From the NCBI RefSeq assembly GCF_963921235.1, contig NC_086097.1, positions 220,660,001-220,724,000 of the forward strand: 64,000 nucleotides of DNA, given 5' to 3'. Source of the DNA: Mobula hypostoma. Taxonomy: Eukaryota. A model generated the notes under the pieces. That model was not told the origin of the DNA. It ran no database searches and saw only the letters and a list, made by a program, of their open reading frames with translations. Below, piece after piece: positions 53,401 to 64,000 of this stretch (within the stretch, counting starts at the first letter, position 1; the number at the start of each line of letters is the position of its first letter). A program made the translations under genes and the position numbers.

Positions 53401-53614
53401 CCACCCCTCCCCTCCTGTCTTCTATCATTTCGGATCTCCCCCCCCCCCCCACTTTCAAATCTCTTACTAGCTCTTCCTTCAGTTAGTCCTGACAAAGGGT
53501 CCTGGCCCAAAACATCGACTGTATCTCTTCCTATAGATGCCGCCTGGCCTGCTATGTGCACCAGGATTTTGTGTGTGTTGCTTGAATTTCCAGTATCTGC
53601 AGATTTCCTCGTGT
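50498..53614. mobile_element. PLE: inverted minus arm ~50498-51270, then plus-strand RT, GIY-YIG and terminal repeat ~51276-53614
   Basis: TIKPADKGG, RFYLLPKIHK, QTKGVAMGTRMGPSYA, LRYIDD, GVIYCIQYSRCGLLYIGET; several frameshifts. Confidence 0.95.
53484..53521 (+). ncRNA. Degenerate hammerhead motif with three CG-to-CA changes in the core
   Basis: tagtc-CTGACAA-a-gggtcctggccc-AAAA-c-ATC-gactg. Confidence 0.7.
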
Positions 53615-53859
53615 CCCATTCCTCAGATAATGTTACAAGAAAAATAAAGGATAAATCAAATTACAAATTATAATTCCAAACTGAGTTGCAGAGGAGGAAG
53701 GGAGAAAAAGCATCAGAGCATTACTTCTGGAAAAAACGGCCGGTGATAACTGATACCAGAAATCAAAATAGGGAGTATTTGTAAAATGAGTCAATAATCA
53801 CATGAAAAGGATAAGAGTGCACATGTATTAAGCAAAAACAAGGCAAGGATCAGAGGGAG

Positions 53860-54130
53860 TGAAAAAAAGGAAGGCAGGGACCAGAGGGTTTTTAAAAAAG
53901 AGGCGGGGCCACAGGGAGTTTTTTTTAGGGGGCGGGGACCAGGGGAGGGAAAAAAACCAGAGGTTTTTTTAAAGGAGGGGGACCAGGGGAGGAAAAAAAA
54001 CGAGGTGGGGACTAGAAGAGAAAAAAGGAGGCAGGGTCCAGAGGGTATTTAAAGAAAAGGAGGCGGGGACCAGAAGAAGAGAAAAAAAGGAGGCAGGGAC
54101 CAGAGGAAAGGTGAGGGGCAGAGAGGAGGG
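53860..54130 (+). repeat. Degenerate purine-rich minisatellite with ~27-30-bp units
   Basis: Recurrent GAGGC(A/G)GGGACCAG(A/G)GG separated by A or T runs. Confidence 0.8.
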
Positions 54131-55544
54131 TGGTGAAGTAATATGGTTTGAAGTAGGTAACGTGTACAAGCATAAATTGAAGGGAGAATGTGAAAAATGC
54201 CATAAAGAATAAATGAAAAGGCAGCAAACAGAAAGAACAAAGATGAAGTAAATGATTAGTAGCCATGCTAGCATGCAGTGGTTTCCATCTGGCACCAAAG
54301 TGTCCATAAACTAAATGGATCACAGAGCACGCTGCAAAGAAATCTGTTACATCCAGATAGTCCTCTGCTGTGCTCACTCTGGAACAGACGAAGAACCCTC
54401 AAAACAAAGAAAGATGATAAAAACCATAGTAGTCGTCGATGAGATGGACATTAAAAAGGCAAATTAGATGCAAACACAACTGAATTCCCAATTCAATCGC
54501 AACTGTGCCTTCAGAGTGTCAGCCTTAGCATTCCGGTAGAGTTCGATGTTTGTTTGCACCTACTTCAACTATTACAGCACCTGACCCACCACTGCACTAC
54601 ACAGGGAGTGCCATACCCGAGGTGCCATCTTTTGGATTACGTTTGGGGTTCCTCAGTCCTCCCATATCACAGTAAAGGTCCCACTGCTGGCTTCTATACT
54701 CCTGTGGCATCCGAATGGATAGTGATTAAACTCCGTGATCTAGTTGGTTAGCTTTGAGGGAGGTCAATTCCTCTAACCATGGTTCTCTACAGAAGGTTGC
54801 ATCAACAAACATAATCGACACAGATCCAGAATATGAACCCTTACAGAGAAAAGAGAAACAACATCAATAATCTCAAAAACTGGACAGCAAAGCAAACACT
54901 CCCAGTGGATTTTCCTCTAAGCTCGCCAATCAGAATCTTCTACTACTAAACTGTTCAGTGTTTTGAACCAGCCAACCAGATCGTGACGTCTAATCAATAC
55001 CCATTTGGACCTCGCAGGAGTATACAAGCCGGCATTCTGAGACAAGACTCTCAACTGTGCACTGATGATGGCTTCTTGATTGGAGCTGAACCGTCTGCAA
55101 ACATTTTGCTGAGCTCAGCATCAACCAAACTTCCAAGTCAGCAACTGCCTTTCAAACTTGGTCACAAGAGACTGTTGTACTCCCTTACCAAACTTCACAA
55201 ATGTCTCAGCATCTATGAAATATTTCAAGTCATTTAGAAAATGCAACTATTTTTCAAGTGAATTACACTGATTATCAATAGAATTTAAAACAAAAACTCT
55301 TTTCTGGTCACTTGTTTAAAAATCCTAACTTGATCTCTTATCATTCTTGCCTGGGGGTGAGGGGGTGGTTGGGGAAAAAGAGAAAATCGACATTTTCTAT
55401 TTGGTGGGAAGCTTTGCCATTAAGCCACATTTCAGGGTCTCCAGTAATTCATTGAAAGCACCTCCTATCTACGTCCAAATGCCAGTTCATGAAAATAAAA
55501 TTGGCAAACTTAAATATGGCATTGGAGCTGTGTCTAGACTCACA

Positions 55545-56190
55545 ATCTTAAGTATAAAGTGAGTAGAGCAGGGGGTCAAGCACACAGCCTTGTGGTGCAC
55601 CTGTGCTGATGGAGATTGTGGAGGTGATTCTGTCATTCTGAACTGACTGGGGTCTGTAAGTCGGGAAATCCAGGATTCAGTTGCACAATCAGGTATTGAG
55701 GCCTAGGACTTGAAGCTCATTGATAGGTTTTGAGGGGATGATGGTATTGAATGCTGAGCTGTAGTCAATGAAGAGCATCTTGATGTGTCTACGTTAACTG
55801 TCGAGATGTTCCAGGATTGAGTGACAAGCCAATGAAATGGCATTTGCTATTGACCTGTTGTGAGGGTAGGCAAATTGAAGCAGATCCAAGTCGGTTCACA
55901 AGCAGGAGTTTGATATGTTTAATCACCAACCTCTCAATGCACTTCATCACAATGTTAGTCATTGAGGTAAGTTATCACATTTTTCTTAGGCATCAGTGAA
56001 GAATGCTTGAAGCAGCTGGGTACCTCACACTGCTGAAGCAAGAGGTTATAGATAAAGGTATTGGTGAGTACTCCAGCCAGATGATCAGCACTGGTCTTTA
56101 GTACTTGAACAGGTACCCTGCCTAGGCCGGATGTCCTCAATGGGTTCATCCTCCTGAAGGATGTTCCCATGATAGCCTCAGGGACCAAAA
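55545..56190 (-). mobile_element. Rex1/Babar-type RT remnant
   Basis: VLKTSADHLAGVLT..VPSCFK..LND; degenerate TGAPQGCVL coding sequence. Confidence 0.8.
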
Positions 56191-56199
56191 ATCACAGGG

Positions 56200-56480
56200 T
56201 CTTCAGGGTTTAGTGATCTGGTCTCAACCGCACTGAAGAAACTAAAGGGAGATTGAGTGACTACTTTGTAGAATACCACGTTCAATCTGCAAAGGTAACT
56301 GAGCTTTCAACTGTCTGTCACTTTAATTCTCCATCTTGCTCCCACTCTGACCCCTCTGTCGATGGTCTTGCACTGTTCCAACATACCTGAGAGCAATCTT
56401 GAGGGTCCAAATCTTATCTTCAATCTATGCCCTCAGGGTTTAACACTGACAACAAGATCAGATAAACAACTTTTCCAGTT
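56200..56480 (+). mobile_element. Old PLE GIY-YIG remnant
   Basis: Degenerate ETKGRLSDYFVE..HFNS..HSD coding sequence. Confidence 0.55.
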
Positions 56481-56869
56481 TTCAATAGAATGAAATCCTA
56501 TCTGCTTATTCAGTGGGGGGGGGGGGTGGAAGAGATAGAGTGTAAGAAAAATCTAAAAGCACTTTGTTTAGTGGAAGAGAAAGAGACAAAATCATCAAAA
56601 CAAATTAACATCATGCACCTTTGCGTTATGAGGAAAAAATCTGGCCTATGAAATACTATGATTATACTTCAAAAATCATCCTAAAGGACGTTCAATGACC
56701 TATAAAAGCACAAGTTCTTTTCTTCATAATTAGCACATTTCCCCAGGAAAAGTGTCAAACTGCATTTGTCAGGCAAGGGAAGAATCCCTCAATTAGTCCA
56801 GACTTGGTAAGTATGTCTTTTGAGGAACTTGGTGAGATAGAACATTGTTCAACCCAGAGAACTGTGTGC

Positions 56870-57550
56870 TTTTGCAATTCGGGAAGGCAAAGAAGGCAGG
56901 GGAGGGACTTCCTGGTAAATAAAAGGATATTAAGTGGAGAAGAACAGAAGCATCTTGGACCACATGCCCAGGGAAGCCTGAAGGGAGCAGGTCAAGTACT
57001 TATAGGGAAAATGGAAGGAAAGACTTCAAAGGGCTTAAATGAATTTTGCTTTCCGTCAGCTGAGTCAAATTAGATAATAGGAAAATCTTACTAGACCTAT
57101 ATAAAGCACTACTTAAGTCACAGCAAGACCTTTGATTGCAATTTTGATCACCACATCACAAGAGGAACATAAAAATACCAGAGCATGCAGAGGAGATTTG
57201 TAAAGGATGTCCCCTGGTCTGTGAAATTATAGTTACAAGTTGGCACTGACTAAACTGATCAATTTTTTTTTGCAACAAAGACTGAGTTGAGATTTAAGGT
57301 GTACAAAATTACTTGATATCTAGAGAGGGGGATGGAAAGGACTCTATCCCTTAGAAGAAATCAATAATGCGGGGATGTGGATTTAAATTAGTTGGATAAA
57401 GGCTAAGAGAAAGTTGAGGAAAAAAAATTCTTCATTCCGAAAGGATGGTGGATGTCTAGAAAAGACTGCCTGATAGAATGGTGAAGGAGCACAACTGGTC
57501 ACATTTTTTTTTAAAAGTACAAAAGTGAACATTGAAAAGCTGTTATCTAA
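56870..57550 (+). mobile_element. Old CR1 3' remnant
   Basis: Degenerate LDLYKALL..QRRF..and RMVDV.KRLP segments. Confidence 0.6.
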
Positions 57551-57819
57551 AAGATGACAAACTTAAGAGCTTCGGACAATTTTAAATTACTCCATTTTTG
57601 AGCTTGCACATACAAGCATTATATCAAAAAAAAAATCAGGAACGGAGCAGACGGCGGTGAAAACTTGACAAACAGTATATATTCTTTAAAAATCACCTTA
57701 AAATATCATTGTTTACAGGGTGTCAAGTTCAAAAGAAAATGGATAATAAAACACAGGTCAGTGATGGGCAAAGCTAGAAAATGTTCTTTTTGGCATAACC
57801 CAGATTCAACTTATGGCAC

Positions 57820-58500
57820 CTACGAATTTCACCTTCAGATTCAAAGACAATAGATTGAACCATAGCCCACAAAGAGGATCTCATAAACCAGACTATTATT
57901 TCAATGCAGTACCAGAGAGAATCTACATTGCTGATAGAACCATCATGTGGAAGAAACTTTGATGGTTCTTTATCCCTCATAGGTGGTCATAAAGGTTCCA
58001 GGGGCACCTTTCAAAAAGCCAGAGTATTGCGGTCAATATTTATCTATCATCCAGAAAAAGAAATTGATTTTGCTCTTAATCAACGTGTTGGCGAAGGTGT
58101 GGGGAGTCGACTAGACAAATGCCATTTGCTCAAAAAAAATCTATAAGTAGAGGAAACAGCAACAGAAAAATTTCCACAGTAAAACTCAACTAATCTCAGC
58201 GTTTAAAACATGGTGTGGAGGATAGTTGCATATAAATCATGACCCTAAAACTAGTTCCAGCACATAAGGCAATATAGTCACCTGGGTTAATTGTAATTCT
58301 CATGTCAGTTACCTGCATGCTGGATAATGATAGTACTCTATCATTACATGTGGCCTCAAAAATAGATGAGGATCTTGTTGTGTGAATATAGGCAGTCATG
58401 TTTCCAACATCGCCAGAAAGAACATTTTGAAAAAAGTACTTTATGTTGTATGGTGCTTTGGAACATGAAGTTGTGAAATGTTTGAACACATAAAAACTAG
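57820..58500 (+). mobile_element. Ancient Deu-domain SINE remnant(s)
   Basis: Degenerate ATGCAGTACCAGAGAG..AGGTGGTCATAAAGGTTCC..CAATATTTATC and GGATCTTGTTGTGTG..GTTTCCAACAT..AAAAAGTACTT..GCTTTGG. Confidence 0.55.
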
Positions 58501-59219
58501 GAAAGCGAGTCAAAAACTGATAAAAAGTATCCACCATGCATGAATGTACACTATAAAAAAATATCCAATGACGCTAAGTGATTTGACAAAGTGTTCCAGG
58601 CGAGGGCGAGTGCGAGAGCATGAGCATGTACATGTAAAGCAAATAAAAAGGTTCTGTACACAATATGGCTAACACAGAAACGATCACAATTGATGGAACC
58701 ACTAATTGTTAAACTTTGCCAATAGCTTTATATTTATTTTGGGGAATATTCTATTTAGATGTTTTGATCTTTCAAGATATCAACTTTAAAACTGTAGCTT
58801 GAATTTTTTAAATCACTGCAAACTTTTTTTGTTCTAAACTTAAAGGAGCATTTAGCATGCAACATTAAAAAAAATCTAAATCAAATTTAATCAGCAACAT
58901 GCTTTGAAAATAAGTGTTGATTCTTTTTCCTGCAGCGTAAGAAATTCCATCGATGTGGAGACGTTTAGATGATGAACTCGTCCAATTTACCTGCAATTCC
59001 ATATATTTTCAAATATACTGTCACTATGAAAGCATTCCATGGTACTATTTTGCTTTACACCGTTCATGTTAAGATTTTCAACACTAAACCTTCTACCAAC
59101 AGGATATCTTTCAACTGGGCATGAAAAAATAGGAAATCAAAATTTTAAAAATTATTTGGGGGGGGAGGGGGGGAAGGTGGCAATGAAGATGGCTTCATTA
59201 CCATTATGCTTGTAACACT

Positions 59220-60430
59220 TTCTGAGCCAAAAGAGCGTCACCGCTGCCCTCAATTTGAGAGATCATAAAGAACGGAATCAACATAATTATACCGTTTCTG
59301 GGCTACGATTTAGACTGCTATGAATTAACAACCGGGTTGCGCACTTAGTATTATTTGAGTCGCAGATGGAATAGTTGGAATTTAAATGAGGGCAAGCATT
59401 TATTCCCTGCTACGCAGCTGAATGATTCCTACCCCTGGCGGTGTAGCTTTCTACAAGCATATGATCAGTAGCTCGGCACAACATAATAATCACATCACAG
59501 TCATGTGACTGAGAAACATTTGGAGAGGAATTGGCTGGAGCAGTGGGATTGAGGCGGTGGGAACTTACAGCGCAGTCAGCTCGCAGCCCTGCTAATATTC
59601 CACCTGCAAATTCAGACAATGTACAATTAACGCGAAATCGTCATTTGCCTCAATTACACACGAGTCAACCTTTAACCTTCTGACCCTGCTTGACGGAGAG
59701 GCTGCGAAATAAGAGATCCATCACGATGAATGTCTCCGGCAGGACGTGGGATGGTGGCTGGTCCGTGGCTGTACAGTGTGCGCTCTACAATGAAAAACTA
59801 CCTCAACTATCAACCAGTTAACATCAGCCGCGCGGCCATCGAGAGAGAGAGAGAGAGTGTGTGTGTTTGTTTCAGTTTGCATAATTCAGACCAAAACCGA
59901 AAGCTATTGTTGCGCGGTTAGAAATATAACCACAACATGCATAAAGGGGAGCAAGTCCTCTGATAAGGTTTCTACAGATCTTCCCCCACTGTGTTGCCAG
60001 CCAATATCGCAACTTCTGTAGGATAGTTAGGTGAACTGAAACAAACGTACTCGGAAAAGAAAGCCAGCTACACAAAAGCGCGAGGATTTTACGTCTTTTC
60101 AGCACAATTCAATATGAACTACACCGTCATCAGCAAAAATATCTTTCACATACAATAAACTGCGTAGAAAATGCCCTTTTAATTAAAGCCGTATACTCAA
60201 TTATATTACCAAAAAAATCTATGATCTAACGAAATCTATTCGATAATAAACACTTGTTCTCCGAATCCCCACAAAAACAAATATGAATGAAACACATCCA
60301 GTTTCATTTTCCAGACGTGGCGCCTCAGAAACTCTAAACATTAAACGTTTCCCAAGCCATATGAAACCTGGTATGAAAAATGGCCACGTCTCCAGTGTCA
60401 ACAGAAATCGCCCTGCCTCAGATGGCAAAA
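59220..60430. promoter_or_regulatory. CpG-retaining, TE-free island (candidate enhancer or alternative promoter)
   Basis: Visibly more CG dinucleotides than flanking unique DNA; near-palindromic CAGTCATGTGACTG (59498-59511); GA/GT microsatellite at ~59841-59867. Confidence 0.45.
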
Positions 60431-60624
60431 CTCAAACTAAGGCAAAGCAAAAATGAGACCACTTCTGAGAAGTTTCCTCTGAGCAGGTGGTCAGGTCCTG
60501 ACTAATTTCAGACCAATAGTAATATAATTGGAGTGCATATAATTGGTGAAGTGAAACCTCAACATTAATGTTGCAATTATGTACATTGATGCCAACAGTT
60601 TAAGAGTGATCTAAATAATCTAGC

Positions 60625-60717
60625 AGCAACAGACACAAAATGCCGGAGGAACTCAGGCCAGAGATTATCTATGGAAATGAATAAACAGTCAATGTTTTGG
60701 GTCAAGACCCTTCTTCA
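60625..60717 (-). mobile_element. PLE terminal-repeat remnant with decayed hammerhead
   Basis: Minus strand TGAAGA-a-gggtcttgaccc-AAAA-c-ATT-gactg...ctgagttcctcc. Confidence 0.7.
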
Positions 60718-60724
60718 AATATTT

Positions 60725-60980
60725 ATCGAGATACAGGGCCTATTCTGCCCTTCAAGCCACACCACCCGGCAATTCCCCAATTTTAATCTGCGCTTAATCA
60801 CCGGCCAGTTTACAATAAGCAATTAACCTGCCAACCGGTGGTCTTTGAAGTGTGGGAGGAAACCTAAGCACTCAGAAAAAGCCCATGCTGTAACAGGGAG
60901 AACACACAAACTGCTTACTGACGACCCAGGTTCAATTCCCGCCGCCGCAATGTAAAGCATTGTGCCAACCACTACACTAA
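60725..60980 (-). mobile_element. V-SINE-like element
   Basis: GTGTGGGAGGAAACC..GCACTCAGAAAA is the reverse complement of the central motif seen at 17955-18097. Confidence 0.7.
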
Positions 60981-61489
60981 CTCCAATACTTCATTTGGAT
61001 CTATGTATTCTGAAACCATGTATAAAATATATAACCGAAAATGATAAGACATTTGTTACATACTCAGGTCATCCCAGCAGATTTTTTAAATGCATTTGCT
61101 ATTTTCATACAGCTAAACCAAGGATGTGGTTAGTAAAATGATTATTCCAGAGACACCAAAAATGTCAATATCACAATAGCAGCAAAGGAATTTCAGAGAA
61201 TCTGCAGAAAGAAACCAATAATAGCAACCACATGTTGTCATATTTCTGTTTGCTTCAGTAATGTCCTTCGCAGAAGAAAACAGGTTGTCCACATAATCTC
61301 TTTTATGCCTACAGTGCTGCCAGTGGTATTGACATTTACTCTTAAATGCCCTCAAATAACTAGGCCAATCAGCTCCAAGACATGTCTAAATAGGCAATAA
61401 ACATTCATCTAGCTAACAATGTCAAAATATTTGCTGTCAATTTGCAAATAAAATAATACAACAAAATGGATTTGGATAAATGAACAATT

Positions 61490-61720
61490 AAAGCATTTTG
61501 GTTGTGTTACTCGAGGGATAAGAGCAAGGACCTTGAAAGCTGCACTGTCTTTTTTTCCCCCCTAAATAGTGCAATTGGATTTATTATGTCAATCTGAGTA
61601 AGCAAACACAAGCTTAGCATTAACATTTGCTCCACACAACAGTACTGCTGATAACTACTAAGTATGGACTGAACTCATGATCTTCTGACTCAAAAGCAAG
61701 CATACCAAATCAAACTAACA
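61490..61720 (-). mobile_element. Ancient Deu-domain SINE 5' remnant
   Basis: Degenerate GAGGGATAA..AAATAGTGC..GGACTGAACTCATGATCTTCTGACTCA. Confidence 0.5.
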
Positions 61721-62040
61721 TTAATGCATTCCAAATAAACGTATGATAGTCTTTAAATTCTGAAGTCTATTTAAGTTTACACTGCACTTACAAATGCTTT
61801 AACCTTTATACTGCGAAAAAGAACAAACACACACACACACAGTCACTGGATTTTGGCCAGCTGTAGTTCGGTTCGGTAATATTTTCACATTTTGGACACT
61901 TACACCATGTAAAGGATCCACAGAAATAATTAGATTACACAATTCGTCCTTTCATGTTTGGACTCTTGACAGATTACCTAATTAATTGCAGGGGAAAGAT
62001 AAAGTTGATTTTATAAGGGAAAAAAACTTGCAATATATCA

Positions 62041-62383
62041 CAGGTTGAGTACCCCTTATCTGAAATGCTTGGGGCTGGAAGTGTTTTAGATTTCAGATTT
62101 TGGAACATATAATGAGGTAGCTTGGGATCGCTATCATTTCCGACTCTGAATTTATGTGCTACTGGTGATCAGTATTTGTCTTACTTTTTATTTACTTAGT
62201 TAGTTCATTAATTTCTGTTCATTACACATACACCACTTTTCAGAACTGTCTGTGGTGCACCAAGACCTATGCATCACCTGGGAACCTTCCCAGCGCCTTG
62301 AGGAATTTTCCATTTGTAACATCATGCCAGTGCTCAAAAAAATTTGGACTTTGGAGATTTTCAGATAAAGGGTACTCAACCTG
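62041..62383 (-). mobile_element. Tigger4/MER46-like MITE, same family as 16384-17387 in opposite orientation
   Basis: TIRs CAGGTTGAGTACCCCTTATCTGAAA ... TTTCAGATAAAGGGTACTCAACCTG followed by TA. Confidence 0.92.
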
Positions 62384-62846
62384 TAGTAGACATTTTTTGA
62401 CTTGCTAAACTAACCTTCTGCAACTCCAATGCAAAGCTCCTCGCAATCCCAGCAGATCCAACGGTAACAGCTTGGAATCAAGGCCACTGTCTTACCACTT
62501 ACAAATGGTGCACGGTTATAGTTGGAAACAACAGGGGGTAGGGGGAAAAAGAACAGCTTACTCGTTTTCAAATACTTTCAGAACAAAGCCACATATTCCA
62601 AAAGCACAACCGGGTTCAGATATTTGCATTAAAAGCTTGTTGATTTTAAAGCAGTTATCAACTGCCAGCATGTTGCGCAAGGCACCGAACTTGCAATACT
62701 TGTTTGTCAACCTAAGAACACAACGGATGTTCTACATGTATAAAAGCACACCAGCAACACTCCCCAAAAATACTTGCACTAAATACCAGTTCATCCGTTC
62801 ATTTCCACCATGTGAAAACTTCAGATGTATAATTTTTTACACTTAC

Positions 62847-62876
62847 CAGCTGCAATCTTTCTTTTAAAAACAATTG
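62847..62876 (-). other. Candidate 30-nt frame-preserving microexon
   Basis: taaatgctgttcttttcag|CAATTGTTTTTAAAAGAAAGATTGCAGCTG|gtaagt. Confidence 0.4.
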
Positions 62877-62999
62877 CTGAAAAGAACAGCATTTACTGCT
62901 CTTGATAAAGGTATTAAAATTGATAAAGCAATTCAATGAACCACTGTAATCTACAAAGCAGAAGTACTAGCATTTTGATCCAGCAACATTATACTGTAT

Positions 63000-63780
63000 T
63001 TCCATGTTAACTTGGGTTGAGTTTGGAGAAATTGCCATTCTCGTGTACGCACAGTTACTGGTCTAGCAGCTTTGGGAGTCCTACTGAAGATGGCATTCCC
63101 ATCAAGAAACTGCCAAATCGTAACAGTCTGTATGCAGTTGGAGCTGTCATCTAACCAGTGCATCTTCCTACAGAAATAACCCTGCAGAGAGAATGTCATC
63201 GCAATCCTCACGGGTGCCTCGTAACTGGTTTAAAAGCTTTGTGGAGTGGAGAGGAACATTGTTCGCAGCAGCATATACAGCTTTACTGCAGTGAGCGAAG
63301 ACTGCTTCCTTATCGGAAGGGATGGAGATGAAACCAGAACAACACTTTGGAGAAGGTTATAGTCAAAGCAGCTGAAGATGGCTGGGTGCGGGAAACTACC
63401 CTGAGGAACCCTTGCTGCTATTTCCTAGCACCGAGGGGTTTGGTCTGTAATAACCATAGTCACGGTCGGATGTCCAGCTTTCTCTTGCATTTCCACAGAT
63501 TTCAATGCTACAAAGTTTTCTTGAGACCACAAATGCCACTTTAATGTCAAAGGTAATCATTTGCTTCTGTAGACTCCACCTTTCAGCCCTATCTGGACAG
63601 AGATTGGAATAATTTCAAGGCAAAGTGTTCCTGACAAAATCCAAAATTACTACCTTTCAGCAGGCTATGGGTGAATACATACTGCTCAAAAAGGTTGACA
63701 GCATTTCAGTTACAATGTAGATAAGGCAGCCAGGTTGGGTTAACAATCATCTTCTCCTGTCAATCAGGCATGATGATCAC
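63000..63780 (-). mobile_element. Very old CR1/L2-group RT remnant
   Basis: Minus strand GGGTTCCTCAGGGTAGT..CCATCTTCAGCTGCTT (VPQGS..IFSCF-like); no open frame. Confidence 0.55.
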
Positions 63781-64000
63781 AGACTCAAGTGACTGGTTGA
63801 TTTTATGCTTTTCTTTTATAGGTACCCTGCATGGCACCGTTGCCACAAAGTCAACAGATTTCATGACATATGCCGGTGATATTAAACGTGATTCTGATTC
63901 AGTACATTTTCCGAGAGAAATAACCCTATAGTTATTGTCAAAGGTGCTGTATTCTGTATTAACTCTAGTCATTAAACACATTCTTTTCTGCAAACATTCA

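Noticed and set aside
53860..54130. CRISPR-like repeat-spacer array
   Set aside because: Units are degenerate, spacers are homopolymer runs, the context is eukaryotic, and no cas genes are present
63000..63780. Large host coding exon on minus
   Set aside because: Multiple stops; residual similarity is to LINE RT

Overview
Repeat-dense vertebrate genomic DNA, most likely from a cartilaginous fish (shark or ray). This is inferred from the mix of CR1, Rex/Babar, Penelope-like (PLE), L1, V-SINE and Deu-domain SINE repeats. There is no intact host protein-coding gene, rRNA, tRNA or CRISPR array. Nearly all long ORFs in the track are fragments of transposon ORFs or their antisense shadows. Unique DNA is A-rich on +, and three short stretches with good splice signals lie on the minus strand, so the window is probably inside very long introns of a minus-strand gene that I could not identify. 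The most notable structure is a set of PLE insertions whose terminal repeats carry minimal hammerhead ribozyme motifs. One copy has an intact core (6982-7019, minus). Another forms the loop of a ~195-bp TSD-flanked hairpin element inserted into the start of a Chapaev3-type transposase. The remaining copies are damaged mostly at CpG positions. Also present: a twin-primed (5'-inverted) L1 with a 15-bp TSD, a 113-bp local duplication at a CR1 5' junction, a three-level transposon nest, and candidate regulatory islands. Family names come from motif recognition only, with no database search. Repeat boundaries are approximate unless a TSD or TIR is given.
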